Below are positions 29,666 to 41,516 of a stretch of 64,000 nt of DNA, one piece after another. This DNA is from an uncultured Phycisphaerales bacterium (lineage in GTDB: Bacteria; Planctomycetota; Phycisphaerae; Tepidisphaerales; Tepidisphaeraceae). A program made the translations under genes and the position numbers. The number at the start of each line of letters is the position of its first letter. Within the stretch, counting starts at the first letter, position 1. A model generated the notes under the pieces. It saw nothing but the letters and a program-made list of their open reading frames with translations, made no database searches and was not told the origin of the DNA. The stretch covers positions 1,152,001 through 1,216,000 of the forward strand of contig CAVWVQ010000003.1 of the NCBI GenBank assembly GCA_963758525.1, written 5' to 3'.

Positions 29666-31239
29666 AGACGCAACTCGCCAATGCCGCCTGGTTGCTCGCC
29701 AGCGCTCCTGCCTACGGGGCATTCACGCGTGCGCTCAATGATCCGGGCGCCGCGGCAGGGCAGGTGTTGCGACGGATTCTGCGCGACGGCGCCAACAGCG
29801 AGTTCGGCAGGGAACATGGATTTTCGCAGATTCGCACGCCGGAGCAATTTGCCCAAAACGTGCAGCCGCGCGATTACGACCAGATGTCCCCCTGGATCGA
29901 GCGCATCGCCCGCGGCGAAAAAAACGTGCTGGCGCCCGGCGAAGTGCGACGCCTTGTTCCCACCAGCGGCTCTGCCGCCGCCCGAAAGCTGATTCCGTAC
30001 AACGATGCCCTGCAGCGGGAGCTCAACTGCGCGATCGCGCCCTGGATTTACGATCTGCATCTGCGGCATCCCAAGGCAATGCGGGGCAGCGCCTACTGGT
30101 CGGTGACGCCGGCGGCTCCTGTTGCCCGGGAGACTTCAAAGATCCCGATCGGATTCGATGACGACTCGGCCTATCTGGGCGGCTGGCGCCGACGGTTGAT
30201 CGACGCCACGCTGGCCGTCCCCGGCGCGTTTCGCGAGGTCGCATCGATATCCGCGCTGCGATACCTCACGCTCCTGTCCCTTTTGCGCCGCCGCGATCTG
30301 AGTCTGATATCGGTCTGGCATCCTTCATTTCTCGGCCTGCTGCTCGACGAGATGCACGCGCGCCGTGCGGAATTGATTGCCGATGTGAGGAACGGCACCT
30401 GCGAGGTTGCCAATGAGATTCCACCGCACATCGTACCGTTCGCGGTCTCTCGGCCGGATCGGCGCCGCGCGAACCAGATCGCCCGGGCGAACGGGGTCGC
30501 GGAGATCTGGCCCAATCTCGCCGCCATCAGTTGCTGGGCGGACGCGAATGCCTCGGCGGCGGCTGCCAACCTCGGCGCGCTGTTTCCCGGCGTCGTGCTG
30601 CAGCCAAAGGGACTTCTCGCCACAGAGGGATTTGTTTCCATTCCGTTTGCGGGCCATCATCCGTTGGCGATTCGGTCCCACTATTTCGAATTTCTCGACG
30701 ATCGCGGACGTCTGTTCCTGCCGTGCGATCTGCGGATCGGCCAAACCTTCACGCTCCTGCTCACCACCGGCGGCGGACTCTATCGCTACCGTCTCAACGA
30801 CATGGTTCGCGTAGACGGATTCGTCGGGCGAACACCGTCGATTCGCTTCATCGGCAAGGCCGCGCTCGTCTCCGATCTGCGGGGAGAGAAATTGACCGAC
30901 GGCTTCGTCGCGACCGTGATGCAGCGCCTGCCGGTGCGAGCTCCCTTCATGCTGCTCGCCCCTGAAGAGGATGGGAACGATTGCCGCTACACTCTGTATC
31001 TCGCGTGCGCCGCCCCTGCGTCACCGCTGGACTTGGTGCTCGACGAGTTGCTCTGCGAAAATCCCCAATACGCATATTGCCGGCGGCTGGGGCAATTGAA
31101 GCCCTGCCGGGTTCACCCTGTGCGGGAAGACGCCTACGACATGTATTGCCGGCGGCTCCAGTCGCTCGGCCAACGCATCGGCGACATCAAACCCGCGTCG
31201 CTCAGCGCGCTGACCGGCTGGAGCATTTGGTTCCAGTGA
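29659..31239 (+). CDS. GH3 family adenylate-forming acyl-amido synthetase
   Basis: PTSGS...KLIPY, GLLATEG, TTGGGLYRYRLND, GEKL. Confidence 0.85.
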   Translation: MVKTQLANAAWLLASAPAYGAFTRALNDPGAAAGQVLRRILRDGANSEFGREHGFSQIRTPEQFAQNVQPRDYDQMSPWIERIARGEKNVLAPGEVRRLVPTSGSAAARKLIPYNDALQRELNCAIAPWIYDLHLRHPKAMRGSAYWSVTPAAPVARETSKIPIGFDDDSAYLGGWRRRLIDATLAVPGAFREVASISALRYLTLLSLLRRRDLSLISVWHPSFLGLLLDEMHARRAELIADVRNGTCEVANEIPPHIVPFAVSRPDRRRANQIARANGVAEIWPNLAAISCWADANASAAAANLGALFPGVVLQPKGLLATEGFVSIPFAGHHPLAIRSHYFEFLDDRGRLFLPCDLRIGQTFTLLLTTGGGLYRYRLNDMVRVDGFVGRTPSIRFIGKAALVSDLRGEKLTDGFVATVMQRLPVRAPFMLLAPEEDGNDCRYTLYLACAAPASPLDLVLDELLCENPQYAYCRRLGQLKPCRVHPVREDAYDMYCRRLQSLGQRIGDIKPASLSALTGWSIWFQ

Positions 31240-31405
31240 ACTCGGCGCTTTCGTCCATTTCCATTCGCCGAAATTTTTTGTGCGTCCACAAGAATGATGA
31301 ACGACCGCACAACCCGCGGCAGAGCCGAAGAGCATCGCGGATGTGCCGGAGTGAGCGATGCACGCCGGTCGCGGTAGTGCGTGCATCTTTCCGATTACAT
31401 CATCG

Positions 31406-32134
31406 TCAAAACTGATCCCAAATCGGCTGGAACCAATTTGGGACCTCATCCGACTTCAGCTCGATCCGTGTCCCGTCCGTGATTTCCGCAAAGTACCAGG
31501 ATTCTTCTCCGCTGGTGTCGAATAGGAACGCCCGATCGGCGAAGCGGATAGAATCGCGCAGCAGCGCCAGCGATCGATGGTACCGCGAGACGATTTTATC
31601 CTCGGGTACGTCGTGCCCTCCTCCCGAAACACGATTCTTGACGCGCTGAACATTGATGGCGGGATCTTCGGTCGCGACGTAGTAGAGGTAAGTGCGGAAT
31701 CCGCGGACTTTGGCATTTGAAAGAAGATCGACCTTGTCGCGAGCCGACATCACCGTCTCAAACGAAAACGATCTTGACGCTGCCATTGCTTTTTGCCGAA
31801 GGAAGTCCGCAAGCACCGAGGCGTAATAGGAATTTATTTGCAGAGGTCCGAACTCGAGCGTATCGGATCGAATCTCAATCGCGTGGGCGGCCGAGTCGAG
31901 TTGCTTGCGCTGAAGGAACGAGGACGAGGTAAAATGGCTTCGGATTTCTTCCGTCGTCGTACGCAGTTCGAAGGGTTTCAACGACAGCACGCCGGTTTCG
32001 CGAATGGTTGTTTCCAAATCGTCCGGATTAATGTAAATGCCAAACCATTCCGGGGTTCGGTTGAGTCCATTTTTCACCGTCGTTTTTCCTGATCCATTCG
32101 GACCAGCGAACATTCGAAGCCGCGGAGGATTCAC
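31406..32134 (-). CDS. Zeta-toxin-like P-loop kinase
   Basis: FAGPNGSGKTT, INPDD, FSFETV, RVSGGGHDVP. Confidence 0.8.
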   Translation of the reverse strand: MNPPRLRMFAGPNGSGKTTVKNGLNRTPEWFGIYINPDDLETTIRETGVLSLKPFELRTTTEEIRSHFTSSSFLQRKQLDSAAHAIEIRSDTLEFGPLQINSYYASVLADFLRQKAMAASRSFSFETVMSARDKVDLLSNAKVRGFRTYLYYVATEDPAINVQRVKNRVSGGGHDVPEDKIVSRYHRSLALLRDSIRFADRAFLFDTSGEESWYFAEITDGTRIELKSDEVPNWFQPIWDQF

Positions 32135-32349
32135 TTTGATGCTCGTTTGAGGCGCGTGGCGACCTTCCGGCGCGGCGGGAGCTTTCGAACCACTGTCATG
32201 CCGGATAGGTCGAGGCGGACCAGCGTGCTGTCGATCACAACCAGAATCGGCAGACCCGAATGGATGGCGCGGCGCGTAGCGATATTTAGAGCCTGCACGG
32301 CCGACTCTGTCACGTCTGCTTCGTTCGAATCCATGTCGATCTCGGCCAT
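32131..32349 (-). CDS. Small protein, possible antitoxin partner
   Basis: AGGAG upstream of ATG; GTGA overlap with the kinase gene. Confidence 0.6.
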   Translation of the reverse strand: MAEIDMDSNEADVTESAVQALNIATRRAIHSGLPILVVIDSTLVRLDLSGMTVVRKLPPRRKVATRLKRASK

Positions 32350-32462
32350 TGCTAACTCCTATTGTGTGACACTTGTGACACTATAGCAGAGGGCACACCC
32401 AGACGCCGCAGGCAATCGCGTCGTCGATGCGTCGCAATCACACACGAGTTACAATCGAACCC

Positions 32463-32560
32463 ATGCCGGATCGGAATCGCGTGAACGCGGCTTTGCGCTC
32501 GCTCGACGGCTTATCTGTCGGAGACGCCTTCGGCGAATGCTTCTTTTCCATCGCTTTAAC
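32463..32560 (+). pseudogene. 5' fragment of ADP-ribosylglycohydrolase
   Basis: RSLDGLSVGDAFGE N-terminal motif; similarity stops after about 30 codons. Confidence 0.6.
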
Positions 32561-32619
32561 TCCATCTTCGCATCAGACGCCATCGTCGGCGGAATCATCT
32601 CAGCAGCACAGGAAGGCGG

Positions 32620-32816
32620 GCCTCCCGCCCAGTGGATTGCCAAGCGCGAACCACTGCCGCGAGTCCGCTGACGATTCCATTTTTGCCACAGGCTGTGGCA
32701 GTTTTGGCGCCTGAAGCACTTTTGCCGCAGGCTGTGGCAAAAATCAGGCCGGATCGGGGCATGCGCGAAAGAAAGCGAGCGACCAGAAGGTCGGTGTAGT
32801 CACGCAGAGATTTCAA
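32620..32816 (-). pseudogene. Possible DUF1016/YhcG relic
   Basis: Two palindromes TTGCCRCAGGCTGTGGCA reading FLPQPAAK...KLPQPVAK on the minus strand; DYTDLL near the start. Confidence 0.4.
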
Positions 32817-32936
32817 TCTCCTCCAAACATCCTGCTACCGGCAAAACGTGCGCATTGAATCGGGCAGTTGGGTTCGTTAGGCTGCGCGCCGCACGAAATT
32901 TCATCGCGTTCATCGCCGAGTCATGGAGGACTGGCC

Positions 32937-35900
32937 ATGTCGAATGACACATCAGCGCGGGCGGCAAGCCGGCGTTTCTGGATTGCAGTTCTTTGCTTTT
33001 CCATTTTGAATGTTGGGGCGTGGGCGGGGTATGACCGCCTCTTTGCCTGGCGGCATCGGGGGACGCTGCGCGTGGATGCGTTCGAGCCGGGCGACGGGTC
33101 GGTCGTCGGGCCGCGGGAACAGTTTCGCTGGCATTTCAGCGCGGACGTGATCCCGACATCGGTCTATCACGCTGAGCCGGGGACGGTCGCGCCCGCGGTG
33201 GCGGGGCACTGGGAATGGAACGATCCGCGGACGCTCTGCTTTACGCCCGACGGCGATCTGCCGCGGGCGACGCGCGTGACGTTTACGCTGGCAACGGCCC
33301 TGTTGCGCAGCGCCACCGGCGCCAGCCTGCCGCAGCCGTGCGTGAACACGGTTTGCAGCACGCCGCTCCAATTGGAGGGGGCACGGCAGGCGGAGGCCGC
33401 GGAGGACGATCGATATGTCCTGGAGCTGCAGTTCAACGATCGCGTCGCGCCGGGCGACGCGCTGCAGCATCTGCGCGTGACAGACCCTGACGGCAAGCAG
33501 ATTCATTGCGAACTGGCCGGGCAGGCGGCTGATAAAATCGTTCGCGTGCGCACCGATTCGATCGCGGCCGCGGCGGAAAACGACAAGCGCGGCGACGGTT
33601 CGGAGACGCAGATCCAGGTGCACCTGTCGGGCGGCCTTGCCGGGGTCAGCGGGCCGATGGGCATCGCCGAGGATCAGACCGTCTGCGTCAGTCTCGGCCG
33701 GCGGATGTGCGCGACGGGCGTCGAGGTCATCGCGCCGGCGCGGGCAGCCGGAGCTGCGGCTGCGATTCAACAACGACATCGACGTCGCGACGGTGAAGGA
33801 GATTCTGTCGATCGACCCGCCGATCGCCTACACGTGTGCGTCTTCCTGGGGCTCGCAGATCGCGCTGACGGGGGATTTCAAGCCGGAGACGCGCTACACG
33901 GTGATCCTGGCAGCAGCACCTGCCGGCGCGAACGCTTCGCGCTATCCCCGGCCGGCGCGTCTGGCCGCGTTTGTCGGCGATCGCGGGCGCGGCATCTGGT
34001 TCGACAACGACGAAGGGTATCTCTCGACCAAAGGAAATCGCACGCTGCTGGCGCACACGATGAATGTCGGCCAGGTGCATGTCTCCGTGACGCGCGTGTA
34101 TGACGACAACCTCGTCGCGTGGCGCAACGCCGATTCGCGGCGGAGCTGGAGCAGCATCAATTCGTTCAGCCGGCCGCTGGCGGAACGAACGATTCACCTG
34201 CCGGCCCAGAAGAACGTGCAGCACGATGTGCCGATCGCGATCGACGAATTGCTTCCGGCCGGGGAAGCTCGCGACGGCGTCTACCAGGTCAGCGTCGAGA
34301 CCAACGCCCAGGCGACGGATGCCGACAATGACAGCGCTGGCGAGAATGAGCGGTATGGCGCGAGCGCGTCGTCGCTGATCACACTTTCCGACATCGGTCT
34401 GACCGCCAAGCGGACGCGAACCGCGATCATGGTGTGGGCTGTTTCACTGCGATCCGCCGAGCCGATGGCGGGCGTGCGCGCTCGCGTCTACTCCGATAAG
34501 AACCAGCTCCTGGGCGAAGCGACTACCGGCACCGACGGAATTGCCACGGTGCAACCCGTCCAGCCGGCCAGCGGCGAATCAGCGGAAGTCGTGCTGGCCG
34601 ATCAGCTCCCGCCCGTCAAAGTGGAGCCGCTGGGGCCTGCAACGCCGACCGCGCAGCTCGCCGCGAGGGAGCCGACGAGCCTGACCTGGCTCGATCTGCG
34701 GCGGTCGTCATGGGAGCTGGGTGGCAGCGACACCGGCGGCCGTGCGTATCTGCGCGGCGGCTACGAAGCGTTCGTCTACACCGATCGCGGAGTGTACCGG
34801 CCGGGCGAAATCGTTTACCTGCGCGATCGTCCGCGGACCCGACGGCGCGGCGCCGACCGGCGCGTTCCCCGTGCGGTGGCAATTCCGCCGGCCGGATCAT
34901 CGCAACTGGATCAATAAAACCGTGATGCTCGATTCCGACGGCGCGGCTGCGATTGACATGCCGCTCCCCAGCGACCTGGTCACCGGAAGCTGGTCCGCCT
35001 CGATCGGCCTTGCCGACAGCGCGGGCTCAGCGGACAAATCATTCGGCTCGGCCAGTTTCGGCGTGGAGGAATTCGTGCCGAACCGGATGAAGGTTCGCTT
35101 GTCGCTGCCGGGCGAGCATGCGCCAACGGCCCCGGCCGACGACAGCGCCGCGCCGAGATTCGCGACGGACGGTGATCTGCACGCGGTGGTGCAAGGCGAT
35201 TATCTCTTCGGGCGTCCCGCGGCGAATTTGCCGGTCGATCTGACGGTGCACGCCGAGCCGGCCGAGTTTGCGCCGCCGCGCTGGACGGGCTGGGCCTTCG
35301 GCAGCCCCGAGACGATTGACGTGCCGCATCCGATGCGTCGCGGTCGGACGGGCAGGAACGCGGCGCAGGCGGAGGCCGCGATGCCCGATGCGTCGCTCGA
35401 TGAAAACGGACATTACGATTGGGCAATCGACCCGGCCAAAGCGATCGGTGTCGATCCGCGGACGATGGCGGAACCATCGGTGCATCAGTTCACCGGCCCC
35501 TGGCGATTGATCGCCAGCGCAGCGGTCCGCGAAGCAGGCGGTCGCGCGGTGACTGCGGTCCGGCAGATCGAGATCGATGCGCTCCCGGCGTACATCGGCG
35601 TTCGCCGGAGCGATCCGGCGATGCCTCGGCCGGGCGAACCGTGCGGCCTGCAGATTTGCATGGTGAGGCCCGACGGCGCGATGGCGAAGGAAACTTCCGC
35701 ATCGCTGCAATGCTCCCTTTCTCGCGCGACGTGGAACACCGTGCTGAGTTTTGAGGACGGACGATATCACTACAACTCAACGCGCGTGCTGGAGCAACTC
35801 AAAAGCGAATCGATCCGCCTGGCTGGCGGGTATGGGGATTGGGCGCCGGTGATGCCCGCCGACGGGGAATACGTTGTGACACTTCGCGATGCGCAGAGCG

Positions 35901-38784
35901 GCGCGAGCACGACGTTGGAGTTGTCGGCGGAGGATGGATCGCCGTGGGATGACAATGTCGACCGGGCGAATCCGGAGCACGTCGATGTGCAGCTCGTTGA
36001 CGGGACGGATGCAGCCAACCCCGCGAAGGGCTTAGCCACAGCGAAGCGAATCGGCGAGACCGCAAACATCTTGGTCTCCAGTCCCTTCGCGGGACGACTG
36101 CTGCTCACGGTGGAAACAGACACGGTCGTGAAGACGACCGTGCTCGACATGCAGGCGTCGCACGTGATCGTTCCCGTCGAAGTCACCGATGCGATGCGGC
36201 CCAACGCGTTCATTTCGGCCAGCGTCGTGCGGCCGATCGATCCGCAGGCAAAATGGCGGACGCATCGCGCCTTCGGCGTGACGCGGCTGCGCGTCGATCC
36301 GGCCGATCGGCAACTCCATGTCGCGATCAGCGCACCGGCGGAAATGCGGCCGGAGCGGAGCCTGGATGTTGCGCTGAAAGTGACGGACGAGAACGGGCAA
36401 CCGGTCGCGAATGCGGCGGTGACCGTGGCGGCGGTGGATGAGGGAATCTGCCAGCTCACGAATTTCACGACGCCCGACCCGCTTCACTACTTTCAGGGTG
36501 ATCGCGCCCTGGGAGTTACCAGCGGCGACGTCTATTCGCTGCTGATGCCCGAAGTCGCCCGGCCGGACAAAACCAGCGCGGCCGGGGGAGACAGGGGTGA
36601 AGCCACGGATGCGCGCCATTCCTCGCCGGTGGTGGCGCGACGCTTTGTGCCGGTGTCGCTGGCGTGGCAGGAAGCACACAGCGGCGCCGACGGAACCGCG
36701 CACGTCAGCTTCCCCGTGCCGCAGTTTCAAGGGCGGCTGCGCGTGATGGCAATTGCATACGTGAATCGTTCGGCGGGTTCCGCGGAAGCGCCGGTCACGG
36801 TGCGCTCGCCGATTCTGGCGCAAACGAGCTGGCCTCGATTTGCAGCGCCGGGAGATCGATTTACCGTGCCCGTTGTTCTTTTCAATAACACGCCGACGCG
36901 CGGGCCGGCGCGAGTCAGCGTGCAACTTTCCCAACGAAGCGCGGCGACGAATCTGCTGAGCTTCGGCATCGCGAAACAGCCGGCGATCGATCTGCCGCCG
37001 GTGATGCTCAGCGGAAACGGGCAGACCCAGATCGATCTTCCCGTCTGTGCGGGAGAAGCCGCCGGAGTCGCGATGGTGCGACTGACCGCGAGCATGAATG
37101 ACGAGACGTTTGAAGAGAACATCGAGCTGCCGGTGCGCCCGCCAAGTCCGACGCTGCAGTTTGGCGGATATGCGGCCGCTTCAACAACGCAGCCGACCGT
37201 TCTCAACAACCTTGTGCCGCTGCTTCCCGGCACGGAAGCGATGAACGTGCGGGTGACTCCGTGGCCGACGCTGCGCCTGCCGCAGGGGCTGGACTATCTG
37301 GACCGCTACCCGTACGGGTGCGTCGAGCAGACCACCAGCGCGCTCTTTCCGCTGATCGCTCTGGGCGATATCGGCAAACAACTCGATCCGGCGCGGTTCG
37401 ACCCCGAGCGAATGAAGCAGACCATCGGCACCGGCATCATGCATCTCATCGAGATGCAGACTCCCGAGGGGGGCCTTGCGATGTGGCCTGGAGAGACGAC
37501 CACCTGGCCGTGGGGAACGGTGTACGCCGCCAACTTTCTCGTCGAGGCGCGATCCGCCGGCTATGACGTGCCGGACGATTTTTATGCTCATACGCTCGCG
37601 TACGTCCGGCACATGCTCGATGAGTCGACGGACGACCCCGGGAAGCTGGAGGCGCAGGCGTATGCCGCATATGTGCTGGCGCTGGCGGGAACACCGCCGC
37701 GTGCGGCAATCGATCGGCTCAGCGAATTGTCGGGCCTGAACCACGAGCCGCCGGGCAATCTCGACGATGGTGCGACGCGCGAGAATGCACGGCTGATGCT
37801 CGCGTGCGCATGGATGCTGAGCGGGCGGCGCGACATTGCCGACGGGATGATTCCGCAGGCGCTACCGATTCCGCGCGCCCATCGGCAGCGGGATGGAAAC
37901 ATCGGCTCGCCGATCCGCGACCGGGCGGTGTTGATCAACACGCTGGCGATGGTGCAGCCGACCAACGCGGCGTTGCCCGCGCTGGTGCAGCAACTGGCGG
38001 ACGAGGGATCGCTGGGCCGCTGGGCGAGCACGCAGGACAACGCGTTTGCCGTGATGGCAATCGCACGATATCTGCGGATTGAGCAAAAACGCGAGCCGTA
38101 CGAGAGCGCCCGGTTGCTGCTGGGGAACCGCGTGGTTGCGGAAGCGGACGGCGGAGCATCGCTGGCGTGGGACGCGCCGGCGATGGTCGCGCCGCCAACG
38201 ACACAACCGGCAATTGAACAATACAGCGTGCAGTTGACCGGAGCGCCCGGGGCCGTGGGGCACGTGTCGTGGCTGCAGACGGGCGTTCCGATGCTGCCGC
38301 CGGCGGACGCATCGCACGGAATCTCAATTCGCCGGCGATATCTGACGCTGGACGGAAATGAGATTCCCCGCAATACCGTGCGCAGCGGCGATCTGGTGCT
38401 CGTTGAGATCACGCTTCGATCATTGGTTCCCGAAGCGGGCCTGGCGATCGAGGACATGCTGCCGGCCGGGCTGGAGATCGAAAATGCCCAGCTCGCGACC
38501 TCCGCGAAAATGGCGGATGTGAGCTACGATCCATCGAACGCGTCCGCCCAGTTCGACGGCGAGCACATCGACGCGCGCGACGACCGCATGGTCATCATCG
38601 GCTCGATGCCCGCCGCAAGCTGCGCCGCACGTATCTGGCTCGCGCCGTAACACCCGGCGTCTATATCCTGCCGCCGGTGAGAGTGGAGGCGATGTATGAC
38701 ATCAATACGAACGCAATTTCCGGCGCAGGCGGAAAGTTCACCGTGACCTCCGCCACCGCAAATCTCGCCGATGCGGGAGAATGA
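32937..38784 (+). CDS. Bacterial alpha-2-macroglobulin (three frameshifts)
   Basis: TDRGVYRPGE, VEEFVPNR, AAVDEGI, thioester motif YPYGCVEQT, WASTQDNA, C-terminal RAVTPG...VEAMYD; shifts ~33740, ~34825, ~38625. Confidence 0.9.
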
Positions 38785-39058
38785 ATGAATGAATGAATGG
38801 ATGAATGAGCGTGCCCGATCTGCGGTGTGCAACTTCGAGTGCCGAACGGATTTCCCCCTCCCCTGGTACTCCGGGGGAGGGCCGGGGTGGGGGCTCGCTC
38901 GGGTCGCGCGCTGGTTGCCGAACCGGTTCTTCATCTCCCGCCCCCGTGGCACGGGGATCCTGCCCGTGCAGATGGCTCGGAGCGTAATGAATACTTGGAT
39001 AGCCAAATTTCTCTTCCGCACCACGCCTTTAACACGGGCTGGAAGCGCGCGCCACGGG
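38781..39058. repeat. (ATGA)n tract, CCCTCCCC-type palindrome and MITE-like element at the pbpC 5' end
   Basis: ATGAATGA... 38781-38808; CCCCCTCCCCTGGTACTCCGGGGGAGGG ~38853-38881; CCGTGGCACGGG...GCCACGGG 38944-39058. Confidence 0.8.
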
Positions 39059-41364
39059 GACGCGATCTCAGAGGTCGTCGCAGCGCGAAAGCGGGCGCGG
39101 ATGCGGCAGGTGTTGCGGCTCATTGTTGCTGCGCCGATTGCGTTGTTGTGCCTCGCGGCACTCGCGTTTCGCGGCGCAGTGAGCTGGTGGGCGTATCCCG
39201 CGGGATTCTCTTCTCCGCCACCGGCTTCCACGTGGATCGAGGATCAGGGGGGCGGGCCGCTGGCGGCATTCGCGTCGACGCGGGGCGATTGGAGACTCCC
39301 GCTGGCGGAACATCAGATCAGCCCGCATCTGCTGGATGCGATCGTGGCCGTCGAGGATTCCAGATTCTACGACCATGCCGGAGTCGATTGGCGCTCCGTT
39401 GGCGGCGCACTGTGGGAGGACATCTCCTCGCGTCGCGCTCGCCGTGGCGCCAGCACGATCGCCATGCAGTTGCAGCGGCTGCGCGAGCCGGTCCCCCGGT
39501 CGCTCTGGCAGAAGATCGAGCAGGCGGTCCGCGCGATGCAAATCGAACGAATGCAGAGCAAGCGCGCGATCCTGGTTGAATATCTGAACGACGCTCCGTT
39601 CGGCGGGAACCTCGTCGGAGCGGGAGCGGCAAGCTGGCGCTACTTTGGAAAGCCCTGTCAGGCGCTGAGCCTCGGGCAGGCGGCGCTGCTGGCGGGACTG
39701 CCGCAGAGCCCCAACCGCTTGCGGCCGGATCGGCATCCACAAGCCGCCCGCGCACGGCGGGATCACGTGCTGGATCGAATGGTTGCCTGCCGGATGATCA
39801 CACTCGCCCAACGCGCCGAGGCCGGCAACGAACCGGTCGATGCCGCCTGGCAACCGCTGCCGCAAGACGCAATCGCGGCCGACGGACTATTGCCGGCACT
39901 GACCCGCCTGGCGGAAACCCAGCCGGGCCAGACGCTCCGCGTTCACATCGACCGGGACGTGCAGCGACAATGCGCCTCGGCCATGCGCGATTCGTTGGCG
40001 ACGCTTGAGCCCTCGCATGTAAACGCGGCCGCGGTCGTCATTCTCGACACGCCCAGCGGAAACTGCCTGGCGTCGGTGAGCCTTGTCACCGCCGGCGACG
40101 CGCAGACAAACGCGATCGATCTGACCCAATGCCCGCGATCCTCCGGCTCGACGCTCAAGCCGTTTATCTACGCGGCGGCGTTCGATCTGGGGATTTGCAA
40201 ACCGGCGACCATCCTGCAGGACGCGCCGGGGGAATGGTCCGGCTATGAGCCGGTGAACTACGATCACGTCTTTCGCGGCGCGATCCCTGCCGGAGAGGCG
40301 CTGGCGCAGAGCCGGAATCTGCCGGCAATCGAGTTATTGTCACGCGTCGGCGTCGGGCGGGCCGTGGAGTTGCTGCGCGCCGCGGGGTTCGCCAACCTCT
40401 CGCGCACGCCCGATCGGTACGGCCTGCCGCTGGCCATTGGCGGAGCGGAGGTCACGCCGATGGAGCTCGCCGAGGCGTACGCATCGCTGGCGCGCGGCGG
40501 TCAGCACCGCGCCGCGGCATTGCTCTGCGACCACGGCTCGTCCGAGCCAGTTTCCAAACTGACTAAGCTGATACACGGCTTCGCATGTTCGTCACCCTCT
40601 GCCGGCACGAAGGGAGAGGGCCGTGGCGGTGATTTCGAGCACCAACAATGCGCGGTGCTCGAAGAAGCCTTCAGTCCAACCCTCCGCCGAAGCGCCGGGA
40701 GAGGAAGCGATTCAGCGACCCACTTAAAGGCAATGCTTCCCGGGCCCGCCCTTTCCCCGACGGCATGTCTCGCGACGCTCGGTTGCCTTGCCGATCCTGA
40801 TCGTACCGCCCGCGTCTGTCCGGAAGCGGCTTTGATGGGGATCGCCTGGAAAACCGGGACCAGCAGCGGACATCGCGATGCATGGTGCGCCGCGGTGACT
40901 CCGCGCCGCACCGTCGTCGTCTGGCTGGGGAACTTGGACAGCTCCGGCGCCGACCGGCTCGTGGGGCAGGAGGCGGCCGCGCCGCTGGCGCTGAAGATCA
41001 TCGCGGCGTGTGATCGCGTTCGCGGAGCTGGATTTGAGCCATGCATACCCCCAGGGAGCGTCGCCGGCGCCGCTCCGATCGCGGTGCAGCCGCGCATGAC
41101 TTTGATTCAACTGATTTCGCCCGCGGATGGCCAACAGATTATCCGCGACGGTTCGATCCCGGCTGATGCACAGCGCTGTCCGTTGGCGCGCGGGCGGGCG
41201 AGTCGTCGGGTTCGACGACGCTCTGGTGGTTTGTCGATGGATGTTTCCTCGGACAGGCCGCGGCCGATTCGTCGATGTGGTGGTCGCCCGCGCCGGGCCG
41301 GCACGAAGTGCGGGTGGTCGATGCCAGCGGTCACGCCGCCACGGCGACCGTGGGTGTGCAGTGA
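38789..41364 (+). CDS. pbpC: Penicillin-binding protein 1C (frameshift ~41190; start uncertain, alternative 39101)
   Basis: EDSRFYDHAGVD, GASTIAMQ, SGSTLKPF, SRN, KTGTS; C-terminal LWWFVDG...PGRHEVRVVD in second frame; follows alpha-2-macroglobulin. Confidence 0.9.
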
Positions 41365-41404
41365 TGCGAACGCGGATGCGCCGGCCGCCGTTGAAAGGCT
41401 GGAG

Positions 41405-41465
41405 ATCTCAAAGCTCTGAAATATCTCGAATCTGAAATCTCAGCTCTCAAATCTGAAATCTCAAA
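41405..41465. repeat. Degenerate AAATCT(C/G) heptamer array
   Basis: GAATCTGAAATCTCAGCTCTCAAATCTGAAATCTCAAA. Confidence 0.75.
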
Positions 41466-41516
41466 CATCCCGCGATCGCTTGACACTCCACAGACGCCGC
41501 ATTGCACTACGGCTCG

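Noticed and set aside
19275..31239. RiPP or ladderane biosynthesis assignment
   Set aside because: No precursor peptide, RRE or SPASM cysteines seen; no ACP/Fab genes or anammox context.
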